A stretch of 64,000 nt of DNA from Octopus vulgaris. Its lineage: Eukaryota. This document shows positions 38,938-52,455 of this stretch, piece after piece (the stretch's first letter is position 1; every line of letters begins with the position of its first letter). The notes beneath the pieces are model-generated. The model was not told the DNA's origin. It saw only the letters and a program-made list of their open reading frames with translations, and made no database searches. Position numbers and translations under genes: made by a program. The DNA lies in NCBI GenBank assembly GCA_951406725.2, contig OX597827.1, positions 23,374,001 to 23,438,000 on the forward strand. The letters are read 5' to 3'.

Positions 38938-39660
38938 GGTGGTGATGATGATACAAATATACTAGTAACAGCAATATATGTGTGTCAGTAAGAGAGAGTA
39001 TATTCACTTGTTTGTAATGTTCGACCTACAGGTGCCGCCATGTTTACATGTTTATAATGTCTCATCTACAAATATCATGTTTATCTCTCATTGTAGAATC
39101 GACTTGCATGTCATGTCTACATTGCTTGTGACATATTTGATCATAGTTACTAGATATGTCGATCTTTGGTGTTCATCTCTCTGCAATGTCCCACCTAAAG
39201 TGTCAACTATGTCGGAATATTGGGTAAACATGGCTGAACTGGAGCATTGTTTGTTTTGCTTTCGTCTTGTTTGTTTGAAATCTTGGCCTGCTTCAATAAA
39301 TCGTTCACACAACATCATCTAAAAATATCACAAATAGTAATGTCATATGGACAAGTCACGTAGAAATATAAGATAGGAATGTCAATAGAAAAAGTAATTC
39401 ACAGATGCATTAAAGAAATGTCATCACGGTGAAATAGACAGATATGCTAATGAGAATACCCAACGCCTGATGTTCAAAGCATGTTTTTGCAAATAGCTGC
39501 GAGTTGTCCCTTTTCTCTGTACGACGGACAAGATAATATTGTTGGGATGAAACGGCAGTAATCAATGAAAGCGAGTTGAGCTGTTTTCATTTCCGTCCTG
39601 TAGGGAAAGCTATTTGGTTTGAGCACACAAAACTATGTATACACCTCTGCTGGGTTCGGC

Positions 39661-39753
<93 letters not shown>

Positions 39754-40412
39754 CTTGCCATCTGTCGGTGTATCTGACTGCCTACCTGTCTGTCGGTGTA
39801 TCTGCCTGTCTACCTGTCTGTCGGTGCATCTGCCTGCCTACCTGTCTGATTATCTATCGATGACCTTCAATCGGCATTTCGACAAATCTTTTGAGAAATA
39901 CCAAAGCACAAATTCACGGATTAATTTCCCTACTCAAGATAGCTATTGGATTAGACATGGTCCCATATAACAGACCAACTTCTTTACGGTAATCTTCCAA
40001 AACATACCTCTACTATAAAGAAAAAGAGAGTGAGATTCTGCAGGAATCGCTTTCATAGCTGGTCACGGTTGGTATAATTTGCTCAGAGGAGATCTGACCA
40101 GGGGCTAAAAACAGTAACATCTCATCACCATTACTAATATAAATATTAGCGCACCACCACCACCACCACCAATAACAACAACAACAACAACAACGCCATC
40201 AACACCACTGATGTTTAAATCAAAGTAATAATGTCATAAGTTTTAATTTGCTTCAATTTAAACAAATCACTTACTTTGCTACAATCTTTGTTGAATTTCG
40301 ATCTTCTATCTCCATTTATTACGGCAGACTGAAGCTTTTATTTTAATTGCTAGATGCAATTGCCAAATCTCGTTGTGTTGTGTTCCGTTAAAAGAAGAAT
40401 GTATCGCTATAA

Positions 40413-40724
40413 AATCTGTATATAAATTTTCCTTCTGTTGTGCCTATGTAAGATCTTTATATAAATTTTCCTTCTGTTGTGCCTATGTAAGATCTTTATA
40501 TAAATTTTCCTTCTGTTGTGCCTATGTAAGATCTTTATATAAATTTTCCTTCTGTTGTGCCTATGTAAGATATTTATATAAATTTTCCTTCTGTTGTGCC
40601 TATGTAAGATCTTTATATAAATTTTCCTTCTGTTGTGCCTATGTAAGATCTTTATATAAATTTTCCTTCTGTTGTGCCTATGTAAGATCTTTATATAAAT
40701 TTTCCTTCTGTTGTGCCTATGTAA
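40413..40724. repeat. 39-bp minisatellite, ~8 near-identical copies
   Basis: Unit tatataaattttccttctgttgtgcctatgtaagatctt. Confidence 0.95.
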
Positions 40725-41193
40725 TACGTGCCACCTATATGTTCCACGTAGGTTGACTTTCGCAGAGTTGACTTATCAATAACCCATACTTAATATTTAA
40801 GAATCATTCACCTAAAGTGAAGCTGAAGCGATTAGACATATATTTCATCAATATACTTCTATATCATATCCCAAAATAGGTAGATATGCTGCCCGGACGA
40901 GTGTATCAGCGCGAAACTTTTCGCAGCTTACACTGTTGTGTATGTGCTGTATGTATGTACACATCTATCGGTGTCATTCTTAATGCTATGGTGCCATTGT
41001 TGACATCATTGCCGTCGATGCTCCTGCCCAGATGGCGGTGTAGGACATAAAACTAGAATCTGACAATTCACTATTTAACAAACGTCGTATAACAGCTTGT
41101 TAAATGTTCACACCGTAACCTACCTTCGACATCTCTTTGTCTATCGATATCTCTATCACCCTCCTTCGCTTTGCATCTCTTCCCCTTCCCCAT

Positions 41194-41236
<43 letters not shown>

Positions 41237-41784
41237 TATCTCTCTCTCCCTTTCTCAGCAATGCTTTGCTCTTCTTCTTTCATAGATTTTTTCATGTAAC
41301 AATAACTTCTCTGCATACATACATATATACATACATACATACATACATAAAAACGTACGTACGTACAAGCATGCGTATATGTATGTATGTACGTATCTAT
41401 TCTTCTGTATGTATGTATGTATGTATGTATGTATGTATGTGTGTATGTATGCATGTATGTATGCATGTATGTATGTATGTATGTATGTATGTATGTATGT
41501 ATGTATGTATGTATATATGTATGTATGTATGTATGTAGGCATGTATGCTTGAATGGGGGCATGCATGTATGTGTGTGTGTATGTATGTGTGTATGTATGT
41601 ATGCATGCATGTATTTATGTATGTATGTAATGCATGTATGTATGTATGTATGTCTGTATGTATATATGTATGCATGTATGCATGAATGTGAGCATGTATG
41701 TATGTATGTTTGTATGTATGTGTGTATGTATGCATGTATGTATATATATATACATTTATGTATTTATGTACGTATGTATGTATT

Positions 41785-41919
<135 letters not shown>

Positions 41920-42498
41920 GGATGGATACAAAATACTATACCATACATACACAGGCGTCTGCAACGTCATTAAAAAGCAAATTTTTATTGGAAAAAATAT
42001 ATTAGCTCTTTTCAAAAATAGGTAACTGAATAAATATTATATATATATATATAATGTGAATTTGTCTGAGTTAATATATGTCTGAATATTTTGAATATAT
42101 ATTAAAACATTGAGTGGAGCAGCAGAGTGAATGAAAAGACGAAGAACCCTGGAAGTATTTATATTTTCCTGCGTCTATTTTCAGAGCCCAAATCTCATTT
42201 ATGTGGAACTATTCTTCCATTAACCTTGTTACGATAACATTAATACCAGTAATATACTGAGTGCATTCAATGTGCTTTTCTATTGCAGGTCTCCGAAGTA
42301 TTACTGCATTTAAATCGATCGTTTCCTTGTGGCATACACATTGCTGTATGATTTATGAATTTCCTTGCCACGATCTTGATTTACGTTCGATCTCAAGGCG
42401 TGACGCCTAAAGCGGATTGGTTCTGCCATTATCGTTGGTTCACCAGTACGTTGTGAGGGGAATTCAGAAGACTGAAACAGAGAAGGAATAACGTTGTG

Positions 42499-42585
<87 letters not shown>

Positions 42586-42679
42586 GTATATGTATATGTA
42601 TATATATATGCATGTATGTATGTATGTATGTATGTATGTATGTATATAACTCGACTCGAGTCCGTTGGTCATGAATAAC

Positions 42680-43020
42680 CTTAGGTGCGCCTAAGAGATT
42701 CCCCTCCGAGGTACAAGCCTGGGCGCAAAGTCGCCTCACTGGCAAACGCACAACCTAGGGTTGTTTTTATGGAAGACTAGCAGACGCCCATGCAAACCAG
42801 CATCCTCTCTCCACGCCACCGATATTATCCAAGGGAAAGGCAGATGCTGATACAGCTTGGCACCAGTGACATCGCAACTCATTTCTACATCTGAGTGAAA
42901 TGGACCAACGTGAAATGAAGTGTCTTGCTCAAGAACGCAACACGCAGTCCGGTCCGGGAATCGAACTCACTACCTGATGATTGTGAACTCGACGCTCTAA
43001 CCACTGAACCATGCGCCTCA
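42680..43020 (-). mobile_element. tRNA-derived CORE-like SINE
   Basis: Minus-strand head gaggcgcatggttcagtggttagag...gagttcgattccc; gttcttgagcaagacacttcatttc. Confidence 0.75.
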
Positions 43021-43029
43021 CCCACACAC

Positions 43030-43079
<50 letters not shown>

Positions 43080-43084
43080 TGTGT

Positions 43085-43283
43085 GTGTGATTTTGTGTTA
43101 GTCCCCCAACACCGCTTGACAACCAGTATTGGTGTGTTTATGTCCCCGTAACCTAGCGGGTCGACATAAGAGACCGATAGAATAAGTACAAGGCTTTAAA
43201 AATAAGACCTAGGATCGATTTGTTCGACTAAAACCATTCAAAGCGGTGCACCAGCATGGCCGCAGTCAAATGACTGAAACAAG
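43085..43283 (+). mobile_element. SINE family A 3' half
   Basis: cgcttgacaacc...gagaccgatagaataagtac...ccagcatggccgcagtcaaatgactgaaacaag. Confidence 0.8.
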
Positions 43284-43284
43284 A

Positions 43285-43376
<92 letters not shown>

Positions 43377-43648
43377 GGTAAGTAGAGTTAGTGGTTATAG
43401 TGACTGACTAAGGGATAAAATATCCGTATTTCCTATCGCTATCAGTTACCTGTGCTATCCTTGGGGCATGGGTGTGCAGGCACACTATGCTCGTAGGGTA
43501 CAGGTAACAACAGAATAAGCAAAAGTTCATCAGGAATGAAATTAAAATAATCAGAAAATGGAGAAAACTTTAGATCAACAACCAAACAAATTGGACCACT
43601 TCTGTAGGTGACGTTTTAACACAAAACATGACATAACATTTCTGTGAC

Positions 43649-43679
<31 letters not shown>

Positions 43680-44059
43680 TGTATGTATGTATGTATGTAT
43701 GTATGTATGTATATACGCCACTCTTCAAGCAAACTGGATTAAGAAGTAGCAGAATGGCGCAGAAACTGTGGAGTAACAGGCCAACACTTAGTCGCCTTAC
43801 ATAAATTGCAGCATTCTACGTTCGAATCCAGTACTCCTTCCCCCGATCGTTACCCAACAATGTAATTTATAAACATACATACATACATACATACATACAT
43901 ACATACATAGTATCTAGTAAAAGAAAAATCCAGTAATTCCTAGTGAATCCTTTAAAAAATCGGTGACACGCGATAAATGTTAAAGCTCAAATTTTTCTCA
44001 ATTGGATGAATAAGAAAATTCAACCATTCATTTTTCAGTTTGTTATTATAGATATGCAC

Positions 44060-44117
<58 letters not shown>

Positions 44118-44176
44118 AGACATACATGCATATTTTACAAAGATACATATTTGCGCCTACGTAATTCCTCTTCGAG

Positions 44177-44400
44177 TGGATGTCCATGGCTTAATGATTA
44201 GGGAATTGGAGCTATGATGGTAGGATTGAGGTTTCGACTCCTGGACTGGGCGATGCGTTGTGTTCTTGAGCTAAAAATTTCACATTGCACCAGTTCACTC
44301 AGCCTGGAAAAATGTGTATCCGTCGTCGGAACGGCGTCCCGTCTAGGGTGGAATATATACTCCACAGAAACCGAGAAACTAGCCCTGTGCTTCTTACAGA
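44177..44400 (+). mobile_element. Diverged CORE-like SINE
   Basis: tggcttaatgattagg...ggtttcgactcc...tttcacattgcaccagttcactcagc. Confidence 0.6.
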
Positions 44401-44873
44401 GTGATGTGAACTAATAATTTCTGCTTTAAATAAGTAAACTTAATTAGAAATACTTCAGTTATCACGTGATATACAACAAACTTTTGTAAGGATCTTTCTA
44501 GATTGAAGGACAATTTTTGCCATGTAAATTATAATCTCATCTTGATTAGTGTTTTCGCATCAGCATATCGGTCCCTGGGTCATACTGTTTCTCAGCTATA
44601 ATCACATAATATCTTTGATGTTGTGAGAGATACCCCGGGTACATGAAGAAAACAATCCCCTGCGTGGCACTGTCTCCTTTCTTGGATAACACAAGTAAAA
44701 TACTTGGTGTTCACCTTTGGAGGATCACATATTCTTTGCTTCTAAACAGCATAATCTATCCAGCGTTAGTTGTTGATCCATATGAGTCGTACCAGCTGCC
44801 AAACTTCAACGAATACCTCATAACACGGGACTATGCAACTGCTACACCTACAAATGTTTTAGACAATAAGTCC

Positions 44874-45430
<557 letters not shown>

Positions 45431-45549
45431 AAAGGAAAAGGAAATTGTCATGTGACTGACATTTGTCCAGTTGACAAAAACTCCCTTATCCCACAGTCCA
45501 GCCTCACACAATCTCCTCATTCTGTCTTTTATATCCTTTTCCACACCAG

Positions 45550-45918
45550 GCTCAAGGCCCAACATATCTGGGGAAGGGGGTCAGTCGATTAGACCGACCC
45601 CAGTATGCAACTGGTATTCAAGTTATCGACCTCAAAAGGATGAAAGGCAAAGTCGACCTCGGCGGAATTTGAACTTAGAACGTAAAGACAGACGAAATAA
45701 CTATTTCTTTACTACACACAAGAGGACAAACAAGGACAGACAAACGGATTAAATCGATTATATCAACCCCAGGCGTGACTGGTACTTAATTTATCGACCC
45801 CGAAAGGATGAAAGGCAAAGTCGACCTCGGCGGAATTTGAACTCAGAACGTAGCGGCAGACGAAATACCGCTAAGCATTTTGCCCGGCGTGCTAACGTTT
45901 CTGCCAGCTCGTCGCCTT
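45550..45918 (-). mobile_element. SINE family C dimer
   Basis: Two copies of the aaggatgaaaggcaaagtcgacctcggcggaatttgaact core. Confidence 0.85.
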
Positions 45919-46756
45919 AATTCTGTCTTTTATATCAACACAACTATGATTCTGCAATATTTACGCTTTATATCACCTCCTTAAAAGCTCATCTGCCACG
46001 AAAACCCTCCTCTTTCTTTCTCTTTCTCTTTCATTCTGTGTCTCCTCCCACACAAACACTAAAACCAATCATGCTTCCCCAGAATGTGAAACCCCCTGGA
46101 ATTTCTTCTTACCGGTATCAGCTTACACATGTTACAGCTGAATATCAACACTAATGACATCATAGTCTTAGAGGATCTGTGTGACTCATGAACACCACTA
46201 CTTCCCCTGACTACTTCCCCATTATAAAAAAAACAACTACAAGCAATATAAAACGTAAAATATATTGGCGTCCATTCATCTTATTGGCTATATTCCGTTT
46301 ATTATGTTTTCTAAATTTATCTGTCATAATTTCAATTCCAAGTGACGTTGTTCCACAGGGTACAACAACCGACCACCATGAAATTAGATGCCACCATTTT
46401 TATTCAGTTTGTTTGCTAGGTTCATTACTTGTAACACAAAACTCTTCTAACTCACAAACCGCAGAAACAAAAGTTCCTAAGAATTTATCTTTGTTTTTGC
46501 AAACTCAAATAAACAAAATGGAAATATGCTTATTTTTTAAAATGTCCATGTTTTAATAATATATTTGGATATTAAATATGGCTTTGTTATGTACAATGTA
46601 TCTTACTGCTGGGCAAGCCACAACTTACACGGAAAACAAAATGCAATAAAAAGGCGTTTATACACGTGGATAGACATTTGGAGTTTCATAACTTCTTTCG
46701 GATATTGGAGGATATAACAGCTAAAAGTTCAAACTGCAGTGAAATACTGATCACAT

Positions 46757-47212
46757 GGGTTGGTAGGTGGGGTGAAATGGATATCAGAGATGCTTTGCCC
46801 CACTTAGAAACTGCACGAGCTACTCAGAGGTCTTGAAAGCTGTGCCAAATCCATTTCACTGTTGGAGACTCTTCCTTGTCGTCAGCAGATGTCTCAGGAT
46901 CATAAGTGTTATCTTCCATAGTTTGTACACTTCACTTGAGTGGGCCAGCCAGGACGAAGCTCGTCTTCACCTTTGGAAGGGTTCCACTTGCGGACTCTTA
47001 TCAACCATGGCCATCTTGAGCTAGTTTCAGCTGCTGTGCCTATTCCCTTGGTGGCTTTCTTCAGTTGTCCAGGTTCCAGACCTATCTACTGCTTGAAATA
47101 ACGCACTAATCGAGATGGAAAGCCACAGCAGCCGACTTCACTGAGGAATGAGGCCACATTCCAACCCTTGTCGACTAAGTCCTGATATTTCGATTTCTTT
47201 ACCTGGTGGGGA
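46757..47212 (-). mobile_element. HERO/NeSL-like RLE retrotransposon 3' end between ~67-bp direct repeats
   Basis: KKSKYQDLVDKGW...EVGCCGF...AAETSSRWPW; flanks 46688-46756 and 47215-47280 are duplicated. Confidence 0.7.
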
Positions 47213-47922
47213 ATATAACTTCTTTCGGATATTGGTGGATACAACTAAGAGTTCAAACTACAGTGAAACACTGATCACATAAAACGATGATTAGTACAAA
47301 ATTTAGAGAGATACTAACTACAAATGTAGATATAATAGTAGTACAAAATAGTCAGATATTAACTATATAAGACTTAGTAGTATAATTTGCAGCGTAATAC
47401 TTATCAGATACGCAGGTATAACAGTAGTACAAAACAGTCAAGTATTAAGTACATAATAATTGTTAGCGGTAGAATATAGTTTAATACTAATTACATATTT
47501 AGCGAAAAATTATCCTTATTTGCATTCATAACATTTTTGTTAATATGTTGAAGCGCAGGAAATGTAACCTCGTTTGTGTTTTATTTAGTTATAAAGATAC
47601 ATTCTTCTCTCTGTCTGTAGAACCTGCAGTTAAACAGCAATGTGTACCGGCAGTTTCACATCTCAAATTCAAGTTTCCGCCATTCAAATATCGTCTGCTA
47701 ATCTCAAATCACATTCAATGTTGTTCCATTTTATTTCTGATTTCAATCCGCTTCTCGTCTCTTTATTCTCTCATGTTGTCTTTCCTTCTCTTGCTCTGCT
47801 TTTATTCTATCACTCTTATTCTAATTCTCACTTCCTCTCTTTCTTCTTCATTTTCTATTTCTTTCTCCCGCCTCTCCTTTCTCTTTCGAGTGTACATTAC
47901 ATGTGTGAATATATATTTATAT

Positions 47923-48023
<101 letters not shown>

Positions 48024-48029
48024 TGTATG

Positions 48030-48080
<51 letters not shown>

Positions 48081-48914
48081 ACGTTTCTGCATGTGTCCAA
48101 ATGTATACATGTATATATGTGCGTACGTATATATATCTACCAATTGTTTTGTCAATCTATAATGGTAATCGATCAATTTATCTCTCACCTTCTCTCTCTC
48201 TTTCTCCCTATTATCTATCTATTTAACTCTTTAATTACCAATATTTTTTTTCATTTATTCATCTATTTGTCAATCTATCCATCTATTATTCTGTCTGCTT
48301 CATTTATATATTTAACTCTCGGTTTTCTAATCGCCTTTTCTTTCCATCTTTTACTCTGACTATTTATATGTCTATCCATTAAATTTTATATTCAACTCTT
48401 TGTTTATCTGTGTGCCTGTCTGTATACCTATCAATCTGTGTGTGTCTCTCGTTTTTCCTTTATACTCTTTCTTTTTTCATATATTTTTTCTACATTCAGC
48501 GTTGCTAGCACAATCTGATCTTAACTCACGCACATGATTCATCAGTCATTCTGGTTCTTTTAAATTTTACTGACGAATGTAAACAAACACAAAAGAAAAA
48601 ACAACAACAAACCAAAATGAGTAAGAAAACACTAAATATAATCTAGGAAAATAAACAATATAGAGAAGAAATTTATTTAAAATTTGGTGGAAACGCAATT
48701 ATGCTCTTTTGTTCTAAACTTACAAAAATGGCGGAATTGTTGCATCAGCAATGCATGATGGGAAATTTACAGGTGACGTATGGGTGGTATATATGTCGAT
48801 AAAGTTTATGTGTTTATGCTTTCGTCTGAGTGTGAGGGTTACAGGGTTACTAAGTTTGATTGTGTGGGTGCAGTTGTATGCAGGGAAGGTAATTTAATAC
48901 ATACATACATACTT

Positions 48915-48960
<46 letters not shown>

Positions 48961-48961
<1 letters not shown>

Positions 48962-49745
48962 AGAGAATAATTTACTTAGCACAGGACTAAGTAAATTGGT
49001 TTGGCATCTTAAAGACAATAATAAAAATTTTAAGTTAGATTGGTTTAACCTGTCCATATCTTTTCCTTACGATAAGAGCAAGGGATTTTGTAACATTTGC
49101 AACTCTGAACTCTTCCATATTCTCTTCTCTAAGAATCACCTTGTTAACACACTTATAGCGCAATCTTGCAAATGTAAGCACTGACAGAAACATACCTTTA
49201 GCTCATATAAATGATTTTACCAGTCTTTACAGTTTCAACAGTTAGTTTAACTTGCACTTTACTTCAATAGAGAAATCTACTTCTAAGCCTTTGAACATTT
49301 TCTCGACCAACGTATCCCTCTTTATTTGTTCTCTACTTATTATTTCTTTAACCTTTCTCTTTCTAGTGTCTGCTTTTGACGTCGAATCTACTAACGGTTT
49401 TTTTAAATACTTAATAACGTTCTGTTTATCATTTAGGCAGTCACCGTCTTGTTGTTGAAATAGGCTCTCTTTCTTTCCTGATGAGAAGATTGCATTTTAC
49501 ACCGTTTATTTCTTTGGAATAAGACCAATGTTGTCTTCGAAACATATGTCGAAAGTAAAAGAATTTTAATAACATCTTCGTTCAACTCCATTTATTTACT
49601 TATACCACACAAATTACTGCACGTTCACCTGGAGTTTCTACCTTTGAATAGCTCGCTTCATCCTTGTTACTTGCGTGAATTTTGCTACCCTGGTAACTGT
49701 TTATTGAATTTTCCATGTTAACGGTGATCAAAGGATATTTCATTC
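48961..49745 (+). mobile_element. Penelope-like element 3' end: GIY-YIG C-terminal fragment plus pLTR-like UTR
   Basis: STGLSKLVWHLKD...FKLDW...Y...FCNICNSE...ILF...LVN...CKH matches the PLE endonuclease C-terminal pattern TxLSxxxWxLK...W...Y...CxLCxxE...LN...CxH; HHR downstream; (TA)n flanks. Confidence 0.75.
49468..49563 (+). ncRNA. Type I hammerhead ribozyme, intact
   Basis: ctttc-CTGATGA-gaagattgcatt...aatgttgtcttc-GAAA-catatg-TC-gaaag; palindromic stem III; cut after 49550. Confidence 0.88.
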
Positions 49746-49759
49746 ATCCATTTATACAT

Positions 49760-49807
<48 letters not shown>

Positions 49808-50468
49808 TTATACTTATAATTTTCAAAGTGATATCTGTGGACCAGTTTCTGGGTTAAACATGCATGCATACATACATGCATACATATTATACATACATAC
49901 ATGCATGCATGCATGCATACATACATACATATATACATACATACATACATGTATACATACATACATACATACATACATGCATACATACATACATACATAC
50001 ATGCATACTATATATATATATGCATATATATATATATATATATGCATATATATGTATATATATATAGTGTGTGTGTGAGTACATAGATGTATACAAGTGC
50101 GAGAAAAAGAGAACAATGAGTGCAAACCGTTACACATCTGCGTGCTGTATAGTCGGTTCTATACATACATATATACATACGTACACGCACACGTACATGC
50201 ATACACATACATACATACGTACACGCATACAAACATACATAGAGAATCAATGAAACAAAATCCTGTTTGAAGAGCAGGAATGGTAACTGGAGAACTTTCC
50301 AAGAGACGTAACGACCTGCAACAGACGATATCATATATTGTGTTACGTCAGTCTTGCAGTAATGACTCAATAACGCTTACACACTCACACTCACACACAC
50401 AATGACACATACACACACACAATTATATAAACATGATTATAGAACAATGCCTAATTAAGTAAATATAC

Positions 50469-50526
<58 letters not shown>

Positions 50527-50644
50527 ATTTGTTAGGGAATAAAAATTCCGGTATAACAAGGAAATATATATTTTCATTTAGAGACAGTTGGCCCCTTCAT
50601 CCCACCATAAAAAAGAATTTTTATTTAAATACTTACAACTTATA

Positions 50645-50713
50645 TCTTGGCTACACGTGTTTCTTGAGGTTCATTTCCCGGTTCCTTAACTACGCCGTGT
50701 TTTGTTGGAACCT

Positions 50714-50714
<1 letters not shown>
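50645..50714 (-). ncRNA. 5'-truncated hammerhead-like motif (CUGANGA missing)
   Basis: Minus strand: aggttc...gaacctcaa-GAAA-cacgtg-TA-gcc; begins at a (TA)n edge. Confidence 0.4.
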
Positions 50715-50777
<63 letters not shown>

Positions 50778-51019
50778 CATATATAAAATACAAAATGGGA
50801 CAAGAATGCAAAACCTCCGGACATCTAGGTGATACAAACAAGGACGGGTCATTCGAAGCTTTCTATCGTCAGTCAAGAACCGGATCATCCTGGCAATTTC
50901 GGCTGATTAATCTTGAGATTACTCCAATCTGACCAGCTCCAAGGAAAAACTAAGCTAGGAGCATTGGATTCCTTGGAAGAAAGCATCGAATGTATACGAA
51001 AACAAGGATGGGAGCACTC

Positions 51020-51331
51020 CGTTGGTTACGACGAGGGTTCCAGTTGGTCTGATCAACGGAACATCCTGCTCGTGAAATTAACGTGCAAGTGGCTGAGCAA
51101 TCCACAGACACGTGTACCCCTAACGTAGTTCTCGGGGAGATTCAGCGTGACACAGAATATGAAAAGGGTGGCCCTTTGAAATACAGGTGCACCCCATTTT
51201 TGCCAGCTGAGTGGACTGGGGCAATGTGAAATGAAGTGTCTTGCTCAAGGACACAATGCGTCGCCAGGAATTGAGATCACGACTTTACAATCGTGGGCCA
51301 AATGCCCTAATCACTAAGCCACGCGCCTTCC
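51020..51331 (-). mobile_element. tRNA-derived CORE-like SINE
   Basis: Homologous to 34065-34367. Confidence 0.75.
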
Positions 51332-51349
51332 CACACACACTCACACACA

Positions 51350-51412
<63 letters not shown>

Positions 51413-51905
51413 ATATATATCTGTACTTTATTTAAAAGCAGCAGAAATATAACAAAACCTGTTACTCAGCTGTTAAAATTTTTAGATCTTAATCATTTAA
51501 TTTATGAATAATTCGATATAGGGTGTTGTATTTTGCATGTGTTTTATCCGAATTTTATTATTATGCACTTTTAAAATAATGCTGTTTGTCAGGTCATTGA
51601 CACGTGTTTATATGGATGTTTGTTTGATTGGCTTGCATATGTATTCGTATGTATGCGCCTATGTATATGTATAAGTAAGCGTGTATGTTTATACTTATGC
51701 ACATACATACATGGATGTATATGTATGCATGTATTCACTTGGATTTGTGTGAATGTGTATTTACGTACTTATTCCCATATATTTATATATGTGTTCTTAT
51801 GTGTATTTATTGCTAATATACACTTTTATATACACATGTATACGTAATTTTATTTTGTGTACGTTCGTTACACATATTCAGCCTCCTATCTTTGTTTCTT
51901 TCTAC

Positions 51906-52187
51906 CAGATGTTGCTACACATCGCTGGTCACAATGTGCTTCGCATTGTTTTAGCCTTCAAATGACGCCACCCTGCTGGCTAAGCGAGCAGGCCAACAGA
52001 AGAAAGAGCGAGAGAAAGCTGTGGCGAAATAGTACAGCAGGGATGGCTACCCCCACCCCCTTGCCGGAGCCTCGTGGTTCTTTTGGTGTTTTGGCCCAAT
52101 AAAACTCACAACACCCAGTCTGGGAATAGAAACCGCGATCCTACGACCGCGAGTCCGCTGCCCTAACCACTGGGCCATTGCGCGTCC
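51906..52187 (-). mobile_element. SINE family B
   Basis: Reverse complement of 6060-6330. Confidence 0.85.
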
Positions 52188-52195
52188 ACACACGC

Positions 52196-52415
<220 letters not shown>

Positions 52416-52455
52416 TATATATATATAATCAATAATCAATAATCAATAATCAATA

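Noticed and set aside
40413-40724. CRISPR-like repeat array
   Set aside because: Units are contiguous with no unique spacers, there are no cas genes, and the context is eukaryotic
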